From a bacterium (GTDB taxonomy: Bacteria > Patescibacteriota > Patescibacteriia > UBA9934 > GWF2-40-263): a DNA stretch of 47,531 nt. The number at the start of each line of letters is the position of its first letter. Within the stretch, counting starts at the first letter, position 1. The stretch spans positions 1-47,531 of the forward strand of contig JAGVQB010000014.1 in NCBI GenBank assembly GCA_020051955.1, read 5' to 3'. The translations under genes were made by a program, and so were the position numbers. The notes under the pieces were generated by a model. The model worked only from the letters and a program-made list of their open reading frames with translations. It had not been told where the DNA came from and did no database searches. Below, piece after piece: positions 21,074 through 30,296 of the stretch.

Positions 21074-22540
21074 TTATGCTTCTTGTGGTTGTGGTGAATC
21101 AGGTTTGTCAGGCGTAAGGCGTGAATATTTATTGAGAAAAGTGAATTCGGAACTTTCTTCCATAATCTGTGGTTTTGTTGCTTGAAGTAATGATTTGTAT
21201 TCATCATCTGTCAGTTTATTTTTAAGTTGAATTGGGGAGCTACTAGATCCTAGAAGTTGTTTAATAAGGTGTTCATTATTCTGAAAGACTGAATTACTTC
21301 CCCCCATATAGACATGATTCAGCATATCATATTCAATGATGTGCCTCAGTGTTTGTAAGTCCACTTTTATTCTTTTTGGACGTACTCCGCTACTATTTAC
21401 GAAAGAACGCAGTCCTACTTCATCAATGGGGCCTGTAGTATATCCTGCCAACAAGCAGTCCAAAATATGATTAAGTAACTTCTGTTTTTCGTCTGATAAC
21501 GGTTTTCCTCGATCCAAAATCCGTTTTATAACCCATTGAATTTCATTGCCAATTTGTTTTCGAACGAAGTTAGGGTTCAGTGAAGTACTTCGAGCACGTA
21601 GCTCAAGCGTTCTGATCGTCAGCTCTAGCTCATACCCGATTTTGTCGAAAAGATCTCTTTTTTCATTCGTGAGAAAATGTAACACGTTGGCAATGTTCTT
21701 CATTTCTTTTTCAGCGAGGTTGTATTCATCCCCTTGAAGTTGCTCGATTAAGTTTTGAAGGTGCTCGTTGATTATGAGCGCGATTAAGTATTTTTTCTTT
21801 TGTTGGATTGCCCTGTCGATGAGTTCTGGATTTTGTTTATACAGCGTCGTAAATTCAAAAATATCTTCGGCTGCGAATAGCTTTTCAATATGTCGGCGCA
21901 TTTGTTCATTGATGATCTCGTCAAGGATCAATTCTTTTGCTAATTCAATCAGACGTTTCTCAAGCTCTTGTCCCAGGTATTCTTCACACACTTTTGGACC
22001 GATATTGTGTTGCGAGCAAGTTGTCTGGATGTGTTTGATCAAATCATCATGAGCGAACTCGTCTGGCAGGATTGGTTTACCCTCAACTTGGTACATTTCA
22101 AGATAGGCACTAAGCGTGTGTCGGAGAATATCCTTCTGTGCCTGAACACGACGGCTTTCAAAGCGATCCAACGCGCTGGCTATTTCAGGCTCTGCCTTCA
22201 GGCGAACCACAAACGCGTTGAGAGTTTCGGGGTCATTCTTTTTTCCCAAGACCGACTCAGTTACAAAACGCAAAGCGTCTTCTGGACCGTAAATATCCTG
22301 AAGGACACTCATTCCTGAAACAGCGTCTATCATTTCAAGCGCGGATTTTTTTGCTGTTTCAAAATCAATTTCTTCTTGCGTGCGTTCTGGTCGGGTTTCG
22401 AGAGCCCTTAAGCGCCTTCCTATTTCTTTTTGTTTATCTCTCAAACCAAACACATTAGCGTCTTTTGTTCGCATCGCTTTATCCATTTGTTCATCTTGCT
22501 TACCGCGAATTTTTCCCCACGTCTTTTCACGCTCACTCAT
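21074..22540 (-). CDS. hypothetical protein, 488 aa, AT-richer orphan, predicted mostly helical
   Basis: Long uninterrupted ORF. Spot counts give about 32-45% G+C per line against about 43-50% for neighbours. No motif recognised. Confidence 0.7.
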   Translation of the reverse strand: MSEREKTWGKIRGKQDEQMDKAMRTKDANVFGLRDKQKEIGRRLRALETRPERTQEEIDFETAKKSALEMIDAVSGMSVLQDIYGPEDALRFVTESVLGKKNDPETLNAFVVRLKAEPEIASALDRFESRRVQAQKDILRHTLSAYLEMYQVEGKPILPDEFAHDDLIKHIQTTCSQHNIGPKVCEEYLGQELEKRLIELAKELILDEIINEQMRRHIEKLFAAEDIFEFTTLYKQNPELIDRAIQQKKKYLIALIINEHLQNLIEQLQGDEYNLAEKEMKNIANVLHFLTNEKRDLFDKIGYELELTIRTLELRARSTSLNPNFVRKQIGNEIQWVIKRILDRGKPLSDEKQKLLNHILDCLLAGYTTGPIDEVGLRSFVNSSGVRPKRIKVDLQTLRHIIEYDMLNHVYMGGSNSVFQNNEHLIKQLLGSSSSPIQLKNKLTDDEYKSLLQATKPQIMEESSEFTFLNKYSRLTPDKPDSPQPQEA

Positions 22541-22555
22541 AGAGATTCTTGCTTA

Positions 22556-22564
22556 TGTTATACT
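22556..22564 (+). promoter_or_regulatory. extended -10 element (TGtTATACT) upstream of cysS, near-leaderless
   Basis: TG at 22556-22557 and TATACT at 22559-22564. The ATG at 22575 is 10 nt after the -10 box and there is no SD. Confidence 0.35.
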
Positions 22565-22574
22565 TATTGCCGAT

Positions 22575-23945
22575 ATGATTTTTCTTTATAATACACTTTC
22601 GCGAAAAAAGGAGGAACTGAAACCAATCCACGAAGGCAAGATCGGACTTTACTCCTGCGGACCAACGGTTTATTGGTTCGCGCACCTGGGCAACATGCGA
22701 AGTTTTTTGTTTACAGATATTTTGCGCAGAACGCTTGAACTCAATGGGTATGAGGTCAAGCAGGTAATGAACATTACTGACGTTGGACATTTGACTGGTG
22801 ATACTGATGAGGGCGAGGACAAGATGTTGGTCGCGATGCAGAGGGATGGAAAGACGGCACTTGAGATCGCGGAGTTTTATACATCTGCGTTCATGCGCGA
22901 TCTTGAACGCTTGAACATTAAGCCCGCGAATCTTTTTCCAAAAGCAACCGCGCACATTCAAGATCAGATCGAGATGATTGTCGCGCTTGAGAAGAATGGG
23001 TTTACATATCGAACCTCTGATGGAATATATTTTGACACGAGCAAGCTCGCGGATTATGGGCGTCTGTCTGGACAAAAGTCACAGGACAAGCTCGCTGGCG
23101 CGCGAGTGGAGATGGGGGAGAAACGTCACACGACCGATTTTGCGCTTTGGAAGTTTTCGCCAGTCGGCAGTAAACGCGAGATGGAATGGGATTCTCCCTG
23201 GGGTAAAGGTTTCCCGGGCTGGCACATTGAGTGCTCAGCGATGTCAGCTAAGTATCTTGATGTTCCATTTGATATTCACACTGGAGGCATTGACCACATC
23301 GCGGTTCATCACGAAAACGAGATCGCGCAGACACGAGGCGCGCTTGGCGTACTTGAGGCAAATGTCTGGATGCACAACGAGTTTCTCACGGTCGGCGACG
23401 GTAAGATGTCTAAGTCGTTGGGGAATCTTTACACGGTCGAGGACTTAATCGCCAAAGGTTATGACCCGCTCGCGTTTCGATATTTGGTGTTGGGCGCGCA
23501 CTATCGATCAAAGTTGAATTTTACTTTTGAGGCGCTTGAAGGTGCGCAAAACGCTCTAAAAAAGTTACGCGATGCAGTGCGGTCTTGGGATTCTCCTCAG
23601 GGCAGCTGTAAAGAGATCGAAGAGAGATTCGTCGCGGCGCTTAACGATGATCTCAATACACCGCAGGCACTCGCTATTGTGTGGGAACTTCTTGATTGTG
23701 ATGAGGCGTCAGGCGCCAAGGCAAAGACGATTTTGTGGATGGATCGAGTTTTAGGTTTGCGTTTGGATGAATATGTTGGGCGTTCGCTTGATGTTCCTGT
23801 CGAGGTTCAGAAATTGGTTGATGAAAGGGAACGAGCGAGGGCAGATAAGGACTGGACACTGTCTGACACGCTTCGTAAACGAGTGGAGGAGCTTGGGTTT
23901 TCGATTGAGGATACAGATATGGGATCTAAAGTTAAGAAAATGTGA
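22575..23945 (+). CDS. cysS: cysteine--tRNA ligase
   Basis: CGPTVYWFAHLGN (HIGH-type motif), HIECSAM and KMSKS. ATG 22575 is preferred over track start 22380, which overlaps the divergent gene. Confidence 0.9.
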   Translation: MIFLYNTLSRKKEELKPIHEGKIGLYSCGPTVYWFAHLGNMRSFLFTDILRRTLELNGYEVKQVMNITDVGHLTGDTDEGEDKMLVAMQRDGKTALEIAEFYTSAFMRDLERLNIKPANLFPKATAHIQDQIEMIVALEKNGFTYRTSDGIYFDTSKLADYGRLSGQKSQDKLAGARVEMGEKRHTTDFALWKFSPVGSKREMEWDSPWGKGFPGWHIECSAMSAKYLDVPFDIHTGGIDHIAVHHENEIAQTRGALGVLEANVWMHNEFLTVGDGKMSKSLGNLYTVEDLIAKGYDPLAFRYLVLGAHYRSKLNFTFEALEGAQNALKKLRDAVRSWDSPQGSCKEIEERFVAALNDDLNTPQALAIVWELLDCDEASGAKAKTILWMDRVLGLRLDEYVGRSLDVPVEVQKLVDERERARADKDWTLSDTLRKRVEELGFSIEDTDMGSKVKKM

Positions 23946-23962
23946 TAGAATAAAGTCGTTGT

Positions 23963-24517
23963 ATGGCAAATGATAATCGAATCCAGGCAAAGGAATCCGT
24001 TGTAGAAAAGGAAGCTGTTTTAGATTTGAAGGAGGGCGCGAAAAAGTTGGAGCCAGAGATTCAAGCGGCTCAACAGACACCAGAGCAGATGGCTGATCAA
24101 GAGTCGGGTGAACAAGGAGAACAGGCAGAAGTCTCTCCAGTTGTCGAACAAACGCCGGTCAGCACGCCAATATCCGTTGGAGTCGGAAAGGAAGAACGCG
24201 TGGAAGCTAAGGATCGTCTAAGCGAAGAGATTGATGATGTGCTTGAGGAAGACCTTGGTGATCTTTACAAAGCGATGAGCCCAGATGAACAACGAAAGTT
24301 TAAGGAGAAAGGCGAGGAAACAGTGTCAAAGATTCGCGAGTTGGTGCGCGCGACAAAAATTAACGCTAAGAAAATTTTTAAATTGATTCGGGAGTGGCTA
24401 AAGCTAATCCCCGGCGTGAATCGTTTTTTCCTTGAGCAGGAGGCGAAGATAAAGACTGACAAGATTTTGATAATAAGCGAGGAGGAACGTAAACGCGATC
24501 AAAACGAACCAATGTGA
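23963..24517 (+). CDS. acidic hypothetical protein with amphipathic/hydrophobic C-terminal region
   Basis: Clean ORF. Its stop overlaps the GTG start of the next gene (aATGTGA). Confidence 0.6.
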   Translation: MANDNRIQAKESVVEKEAVLDLKEGAKKLEPEIQAAQQTPEQMADQESGEQGEQAEVSPVVEQTPVSTPISVGVGKEERVEAKDRLSEEIDDVLEEDLGDLYKAMSPDEQRKFKEKGEETVSKIRELVRATKINAKKIFKLIREWLKLIPGVNRFFLEQEAKIKTDKILIISEEERKRDQNEPM

Positions 24518-27078
24518 TTTCGTTTTTCCAATTTGGGTTAGCAGTTGAGCCAGAACCAGTGCGCGCGTTCGCGCAAGGGGATTTGTTTATCGCGAGTTTG
24601 ATTTTATGGGGAGTAGGCGCGCTTTTGATAGTGGTTGGATTGCTTTATGTGGCGCGGTATTTTTTACGCCGTATGTCGCGCGCGCGACAGGCGACTTTTC
24701 AGAAGGTAACGATATTGGTCACGCTTCCGAAGTTTCGTCGTGAAGAGGAGAGCGAGCGAGGCTCAACAAAGGAACAAATGCAAGAAGTTATCGCGTCCGC
24801 TGAAACATTTTTTTCAACATTGGGTGGGCTGAAAGCGCAACACGGATTCAAGCCATGGTTGTTTGGTCGTAAAGACGAGTTTGCCTTTGAGATTGTTTCA
24901 GAGAAAAAACTGATCAAGTTTTTCGCAACGGTTCCGCTCGAGAAGCGGCATTATTTTGAACAGGAAATTTCAGCCGCGTATCCAGACGCGTATCTTGAAG
25001 AGGTTGAGGATTACAACATTTTTCAGCCCAAGGGCGTAATAGTCGGCAGTCATTTGGTTTTCAAGCGCATCTCCGCTTTTCCTTTTAAGACATACCGCGA
25101 GCTTGAGAAGGATCCTCTCAACGCGATTACCAACGTTCTTTCAAAGGTGCCAGAGAATGAAGGCGCGGCTTTTCAGTTTCTTGTGCGATCAGCTCGTGGA
25201 AGTTGGCGGAAAAAGGGTGTAAAGATCGCGTCAAACATGCAACAGGGAATGAAGCTTGATGAGGCAATCAAAGGAAGAAAACATAAGCAGACGAATTGGA
25301 TGGCGCTGATGGGTTTTGGTTCAGAAGAAGATAAACAAAAACAGCCAGAGAAAGATTATCGCCTTTCGCCACAGGAAGAGCAGACGGTGAAGGGGATTGA
25401 ACAGAAGGCAAGCAAGGCAGGAATGGATGTGTGTATTCGTCTTGTCGCGTCTTGCGCGTCAGCGTCTGCTTCACAGACACTTATGAAGAACATGTTGGAC
25501 GCGTTTTCTCAATACAACATTTATCAATACGGCAATTCTTTTGTGCGCGTTGTGCCAAGGCGCAAAAAGAAGATTGTCAGGAATTTCATCTATCGAGCGT
25601 TTGACGAACGAAACACAATCGTGCTTAACGCGGAGGAGATGGCGAGTATATGGCATTTGCCAACGCCGTGGACTGACACGCCAAATATCAAATGGCTTGG
25701 AGCGCGCAAACTTCCAGCGGCCGCGAATGTGCCAACGAGCGCGGAGGATGGCGGTCAGATCAAGATTGGTTACAATATGTATCGTGGCGTGAAGACAGAC
25801 GTTTGGATGAAGGGGCCAGATCGCCAGCGTCACATGTATTTCATTGGTAAATCTGGATCAGGTAAAACGGAAACAATGGCGCATATGATTGTTCAGGACA
25901 TTCGTCTTGGACACGGTGTCGCAGTTGTGGATCCACACGGAGATTTGATTGAACAAATTTTGGGTAATATTCCCAAAGAGCGCATTGACGACGTTGTTGT
26001 TTTTAATCCTGCGGACGCGGAGCGGCCAATGGGGTTGAATATGTTGGAGGCGCGTGACCCAAGTCAGAAAGACATGGCGGCGCAGGAAATGATCTCGATT
26101 TTTTACAAATTGTTTCCGCCAGAGATGATCGGTCCGATGTTCGAGCACACAATGCGCAACATGATGTTAACGCTCATGTCGGACACTGAAAATCCTGGAA
26201 CCATCGCGGAGATTCCACGTCTCATCACTGATCCTGATTATCAAAAAGCCTGGGTTGAGAAAGTTACTGATCCCGTTGTGCGCGCGTATTGGGAAAAGGA
26301 AGTCGCTAACACGTCTGATTTTCACAAGTCTGAAATGTTTGGATATTTGATTTCAAAAGTTGGGCGTTTCGTTGAAAACGAGATGATGCGCAACATCATT
26401 GGTCAGGCGCATTCCAGCTTTAATTTCAGGGACATAATGGACAACAAGAAGATCATGCTCGTTAATCTTTCAAAGGGAAGGATTGGGGACGTGAACGCGG
26501 ATCTTTTGGGGATGATTATCGTTACAAAACTACAGATGGCCGCGCTTTCACGGGCGGATATGCCAGAGAAGGATCGAAATGATTTTTATCTTTACATTGA
26601 CGAGTTTCAAAACTTCGTTACTGATTCCATCGCGACTATTTTGTCTGAGGCTAGAAAGTACCGCTTGAATCTGATCATCGCTCACCAGTACATTGGCCAG
26701 TTGGTTAAGAATAATGACACAAAAATTAAAGAGGCCGTGTTTGGAAACGTGGGAACAATGTTTACGTCGCGTATTGGACCAGAGGACGTGGAGACACTTG
26801 AAAAAGTTTATTCTCCTGACGCGAGCGGATACGATTTGATGAACTCAGATAAGTTTACTTGGTACCTGAAGATGATCGTTGATAATTCTTCAATCAAGCC
26901 AATGACGCTGAACGTCACTCCAGTTGGACGAGGGAATCGCGAGCTGGCTGAAGCGATTAAAGAATTGAGTAGTTTGAAATATGGTCGTGACAGACGACTT
27001 GTTGAGTCGGAAATAATGGAGCGCGCACAATTGGGTTCGACTGTTGGCACACAGCCACGCCCGAATATGGAATTCTAA
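24514..27078 (+). CDS. membrane-anchored P-loop ATPase of the FtsK/HerA/TraD-VirD4 (type IV coupling protein-like) superfamily
   Basis: N-terminal TM segment LILWGVGALLIVVGLLYVA, Walker A GKSGSGKT (25846-25869), VVDPHGDL, Walker B FYLYIDEFQNF (about 26590-26610) and ARKYRLNLIIAHQ. Confidence 0.8.
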   Translation: MISFFQFGLAVEPEPVRAFAQGDLFIASLILWGVGALLIVVGLLYVARYFLRRMSRARQATFQKVTILVTLPKFRREEESERGSTKEQMQEVIASAETFFSTLGGLKAQHGFKPWLFGRKDEFAFEIVSEKKLIKFFATVPLEKRHYFEQEISAAYPDAYLEEVEDYNIFQPKGVIVGSHLVFKRISAFPFKTYRELEKDPLNAITNVLSKVPENEGAAFQFLVRSARGSWRKKGVKIASNMQQGMKLDEAIKGRKHKQTNWMALMGFGSEEDKQKQPEKDYRLSPQEEQTVKGIEQKASKAGMDVCIRLVASCASASASQTLMKNMLDAFSQYNIYQYGNSFVRVVPRRKKKIVRNFIYRAFDERNTIVLNAEEMASIWHLPTPWTDTPNIKWLGARKLPAAANVPTSAEDGGQIKIGYNMYRGVKTDVWMKGPDRQRHMYFIGKSGSGKTETMAHMIVQDIRLGHGVAVVDPHGDLIEQILGNIPKERIDDVVVFNPADAERPMGLNMLEARDPSQKDMAAQEMISIFYKLFPPEMIGPMFEHTMRNMMLTLMSDTENPGTIAEIPRLITDPDYQKAWVEKVTDPVVRAYWEKEVANTSDFHKSEMFGYLISKVGRFVENEMMRNIIGQAHSSFNFRDIMDNKKIMLVNLSKGRIGDVNADLLGMIIVTKLQMAALSRADMPEKDRNDFYLYIDEFQNFVTDSIATILSEARKYRLNLIIAHQYIGQLVKNNDTKIKEAVFGNVGTMFTSRIGPEDVETLEKVYSPDASGYDLMNSDKFTWYLKMIVDNSSIKPMTLNVTPVGRGNRELAEAIKELSSLKYGRDRRLVESEIMERAQLGSTVGTQPRPNMEF

Positions 27079-27088
27079 TTTTGTACCT

Positions 27089-27697
27089 ATGGACAATATC
27101 AACGAGCTACAATTTGAAACCGAACCAGAGGCTGACGTGCACGCGCAGGCGCGAGAGAATAGTGGCGTGCGCGCGAGGTTAGCATTACAAATGTTAAAGC
27201 AGGCGCGAGACAATATGAGCCATGTTATCCAGCTTTTGGAAGGAGGCGACAGCGCGCAGGCAATAAATCAGATGGTGAGCTTTGCTGTCCAACGCACGGC
27301 AACAGATGTTGAACTTGAGCAGACCGGCACTCGGACGCTCGAGGGTGTGTTTGATGGGCAGTCAATGGTTGGTGGCGATGGGTTGCGTTACAACGTACCT
27401 GAAAATTACGCGTCAAAATCTAAGCTAGTTGAGGGAGACATATTGAAGTTGATTATTCATCCAGATGGAACGCATATTTTTAAACAGATTGGACCAATCG
27501 AACGCCAGCGTCTTGTTGGAAAATTAGCTATAGATCCATCCACACAGGAGCCTGTTGTCGTGTGCGGGCAGGACGTGTATAAAGTGCTTGCGGCAAGCGT
27601 TTCGTATTTCAAAGGAATGCCCGGGGACGAAGTCGTGGTGATTATTCCGTCAGGCGGTGGGTGCGCCTGGGCGGCAGTGGAGAGGATTGGGGGATAG
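27089..27697 (+). CDS. hypothetical protein (202 aa)
   Basis: ATG 27089 (MDNINELQF) lies 11 nt after the stop of the ATPase gene. No motif recognised. Confidence 0.6.
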   Translation: MDNINELQFETEPEADVHAQARENSGVRARLALQMLKQARDNMSHVIQLLEGGDSAQAINQMVSFAVQRTATDVELEQTGTRTLEGVFDGQSMVGGDGLRYNVPENYASKSKLVEGDILKLIIHPDGTHIFKQIGPIERQRLVGKLAIDPSTQEPVVVCGQDVYKVLAASVSYFKGMPGDEVVVIIPSGGGCAWAAVERIGG

Positions 27698-27712
27698 GGG
27701 AGGTGGGAGGTG

Positions 27713-27748
27713 GTCAAGGGAATCAAGGGAGTCAAGGTTATCAAGGTT
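27713..27748 (+). repeat. junction microsatellite, 4 x 9 nt
   Basis: gtcaaggga-atcaaggga-gtcaaggtt-atcaaggtt. Confidence 0.8.
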
Positions 27749-27768
27749 GGGGGGAGGAAAAGGCTCGT

Positions 27769-27868
27769 GAAAAAAATCCAAAATCCAGGAACCAAAATCC
27801 AAAAAGAAAAGTATCAGGAATAATTAGGTTTGGGTTTTAGGGTTTGGATCTTTGGATTTTTTTCCCCC
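27769..27868. repeat. Rep-B copy (rod hairpin)
   Basis: gaaaaaaatccaaaatccaggaaccaaaatccaaa ... tttgggttttagggtttggatctttggattttttt. Confidence 0.8.
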
Positions 27869-27876
27869 CCCTCGGA

Positions 27877-27924
27877 CTATCTGTAAAATCTGTAAATCTG
27901 TAAGAATCTGTAATCTGTAGATAG
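27877..27924 (-). repeat. Rep-A solo copy, inverted
   Basis: ctatctgtaaaatctgtaaatctgtaagaatctgtaatctgtagatag. Confidence 0.9.
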
Positions 27925-27933
27925 GTACCCCTT

Positions 27934-29445
27934 ATGTCCCAAGTACTATACCGCACATACCGTCCGTCCACGTTTAGCGAGGTTACTGGACAGGACCACG
28001 TTGTAAAGACGATCCAAAATCAATACGCGGGCAAATCTTTAGCCCACGCTTATTTATTTACGGGTCCGCGCGGGGTTGGAAAGACGACGATCGCACGTCT
28101 GCTCGCCAAGCTTGTGAATTGCGAGGATCCGAAAGGGAATGAGCCGTGTAACACCTGCGGCGCGTGTACACAAATTACCGCTGGGCAGGCAATGGATGTT
28201 TATGAGATGGATGCCGCGTCTCATACCGACGTCGAGAATGTGCGTGAGACCATAATCCAAGCCGTGAGGTTCGCGCCAAGCCAACTAAAAAAGAAGGTTT
28301 ATATTATTGACGAGGTTCACATGCTTTCTGTTTCAGCGTTTAACGCGCTGTTGAAGACGATTGAGGAACCGCCAGAGTACGTGCTTTTTGTGCTCGCGAC
28401 GACAGAAATTCACAAAGTTCCAGAAACGATAATTAGCAGGTGCCAGCGTTTCGACTTTAAGCGCATCTCCGTTGATGATCTCGTCGCGCGTCTTTCAAGA
28501 ATTGTGAAGGAAGAGGGGGTAAAAGTGGATGAGGAAGTTTTACGCGAGATCGCTAAACATAGTGGTGGTTGCGCGCGCGACGCGGAGAGTTTGCTTGGTC
28601 AAGTCCTGGCACTTGGTGAAAAAAATATTGGGATGAAAGAAGCGAGCTTGGTGCTTCCCGCGACACAGCAGGTTTTGATTGAAGACTTCGTTAAGAGTTT
28701 GAATGAGAGAGATGCTAAGACGGCGATAACGCAGTTGAACACATATCTTGAACAAGGAGTTGACCTCCATCACTTTGTTGAAGACGTTGTGGATTATCTA
28801 CGGGATCGATTGCTTGAGGCGATCGGTGGGAAGGTGGGTGGGATGAGTGTGGATTTTCTTCAGGGTGCCATTGAGAATTTGTTGCAAGCCTATCGTGACA
28901 TTCGTGGGGAACACATCCCGCAGCTGCCAGTCGAGCTAGCAGTCGTGAAGATTTGTGGATTAAGGGATTTTCAGAAACAGGGGGCTGATTCGGGACGTGT
29001 AGAAATTTCCCCCCTGCCCGAGGGGGGGCTAGGGGGGGTGGGAGTGAAGCAAGAAGAAAAAGTGGCAGGCGCGACAAAGGCAATAAAGGCAACAAATGGT
29101 CAGGAGGTTGCTACGGCAGTTTTTGATACAATCCCCGTCATTAGCCTCGAGGAAGTAAAAGAAAAATGGCCGCAGGTCTATGAGCAGATTAAATCCTGCA
29201 ATGCTTCTTTGCCGATGATGATGAAGGATTGTGAGGTTTCAGGGGTAGAAGGAGGCCAAGTAGAGATAGGATTTGATTATGATCTTTATGTACAAACGGT
29301 TAATCAGGAAAAGAATCGTAGTGTGATCGAGGGCGTGCTTGAGAAGGTGCTTGGAAAGCGCGTGCGCGTAAAGGCGGTTCAAAAAGCACACAAGGATGAA
29401 GTCGTTGATGAGCTAGTGGAAGCGTTCGGTGGGTCAGCAATATAA
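27934..29445 (+). CDS. dnaX: DNA polymerase III subunit gamma/tau
   Basis: GPRGVGKTT, zinc module CEDPKGNEPCNTCGAC, DEVHML and SRCQRF. Carries an in-frame Rep-E copy. Confidence 0.9.
   Translation: MSQVLYRTYRPSTFSEVTGQDHVVKTIQNQYAGKSLAHAYLFTGPRGVGKTTIARLLAKLVNCEDPKGNEPCNTCGACTQITAGQAMDVYEMDAASHTDVENVRETIIQAVRFAPSQLKKKVYIIDEVHMLSVSAFNALLKTIEEPPEYVLFVLATTEIHKVPETIISRCQRFDFKRISVDDLVARLSRIVKEEGVKVDEEVLREIAKHSGGCARDAESLLGQVLALGEKNIGMKEASLVLPATQQVLIEDFVKSLNERDAKTAITQLNTYLEQGVDLHHFVEDVVDYLRDRLLEAIGGKVGGMSVDFLQGAIENLLQAYRDIRGEHIPQLPVELAVVKICGLRDFQKQGADSGRVEISPLPEGGLGGVGVKQEEKVAGATKAIKATNGQEVATAVFDTIPVISLEEVKEKWPQVYEQIKSCNASLPMMMKDCEVSGVEGGQVEIGFDYDLYVQTVNQEKNRSVIEGVLEKVLGKRVRVKAVQKAHKDEVVDELVEAFGGSAI
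29009..29049 (+). repeat. Rep-E copy in frame in dnaX
   Basis: cccccctgcccgagggggggctagggggggtgggagtgaag, translated as SPLPEGGLGGVGVK. Confidence 0.9.
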
Positions 29446-29470
29446 AAGAGAGCCGTTGCGTTAGGCTCTC
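29443..29470 (-). terminator. hairpin with a T-run on the minus strand (terminator of the zinc-ribbon gene)
   Basis: gagagcc-gttgcgtta-ggctctc preceded on + by tataaaa. Confidence 0.5.
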
Positions 29471-29495
29471 GCGTTCGTGGTTAGCGCGCTCGTCC

Positions 29496-29714
29496 TCAGG
29501 TGGGCGCGCTTTGAGTTTCCGCCATCATGCCGTCCCGGGCACTATGACGGAAATCAAAATGTGACTGGTGGGATCTGCGAGTGTATTGACCGAACTCTCG
29601 TTCGGCACACTCCTCACAGATCCCGTGGGAGACGCCTGCGTCGGCATCGTCCTCCATGTCTTCCTTGAGTTTGGTTCCGCACCATGCGCAAATGGTTCTC
29701 ACGTCAGCTCCCAC
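29496..29714 (-). CDS. small zinc-ribbon protein (CxxC...CxxC), GC-rich
   Basis: ICAWCGTKL...SHGICEECAEREF gives four Cys in two CxxC pairs, with a terminator downstream. Confidence 0.5.
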   Translation of the reverse strand: MGADVRTICAWCGTKLKEDMEDDADAGVSHGICEECAEREFGQYTRRSHQSHFDFRHSARDGMMAETQSAPT

Positions 29715-29981
29715 ATTTGGGTTTCAGATTGCGACGAGGAGAATAGCATGAATACCAAATTGTTTCAAGTGTGGATAGATTCGAGGGAAATTAAAATCCG
29801 CTCTTGCGTTGAGCGGAAATGAAGTCACGGAGGCAGGATTCTTGCTTTTAAAAAACATTCTGAACGCTCTTTCGCCATATGGAAGAAGTGCGCTCAGACC
29901 GATTTCACCTTTCTCACCTCGTCCACCTCGACAACCTTTGATCGCCACCATTGTATCTTGTATAAAAAACTCGTTTACTTC

Positions 29982-30081
29982 GATGTATCACGAAGTGCTG
30001 GAGGTAAAAAATTATCGAGGCGTAGGTCAATCCTACGTCGAGATGATTTTTTGCCGAAGCACGAGTGAGGCGCCAAGTTTG
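29982..30081 (+). repeat. R1: 100-nt unit of a direct repeat next to tRNA-Gln
   Basis: Shares about 94 of 100 positions with 30111-30210. Central hairpin cgtagg-tcaat-cctacg is flanked by aaaaaat.../...atttttt. Confidence 0.9.
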
Positions 30082-30092
30082 TGAGTTTCGTA

Positions 30093-30220
30093 ACAAAACC
30101 CCCAAATTTGGATGCATCGCGAAGTGCTGGAGGTAAAAAATCTTCGAGGCGTAGGTCAATCCTACGTTGAGATGATTTTTTGCCGAAGCACGAGTGAGGC
30201 GCCAAATTTGGGGGTTTTGT
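30093..30220. repeat. Rod-5: the R2 unit (30111-30210) enclosed by a perfect 18-bp inverted repeat
   Basis: acaaaacccccaaatttg (30093-30110) is the exact reverse complement of caaatttgggggttttgt (30203-30220). The right arm ends on the first base of the tRNA-Gln CCA end. Confidence 0.9.
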
Positions 30221-30293
30221 GGTTCCGGGACGTGGATTCGAACCACGGTTCTGTGCTCCAGAGGCACATGTCCTGCCGCTAGACGATCCCGGA
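30220..30293 (-). tRNA. tRNA-Gln (anticodon CTG), CCA encoded
   Basis: Hand fold: acceptor TCCGGGA/TCCCGGA (U1-A72, typical of bacterial tRNA-Gln), anticodon stem TGTGC/GCACA with loop CT-CTG-GA, T arm CGTGG-TTCGAAT-CCACG, then A-CCA. Confidence 0.9.
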
Positions 30294-30296
30294 GAG

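Noticed and set aside
22380-22574. N-terminal extension of cysS in the track (start 22380). The same applies to uvrB 11059, rimK 31776, dus 32882, the Trx-like gene 33764, the membrane protein 18916 and GxxExxY 2370.
   Set aside because: The extensions overlap neighbouring genes or translate repeat elements. Internal ATGs give N-termini that match the expected family starts.
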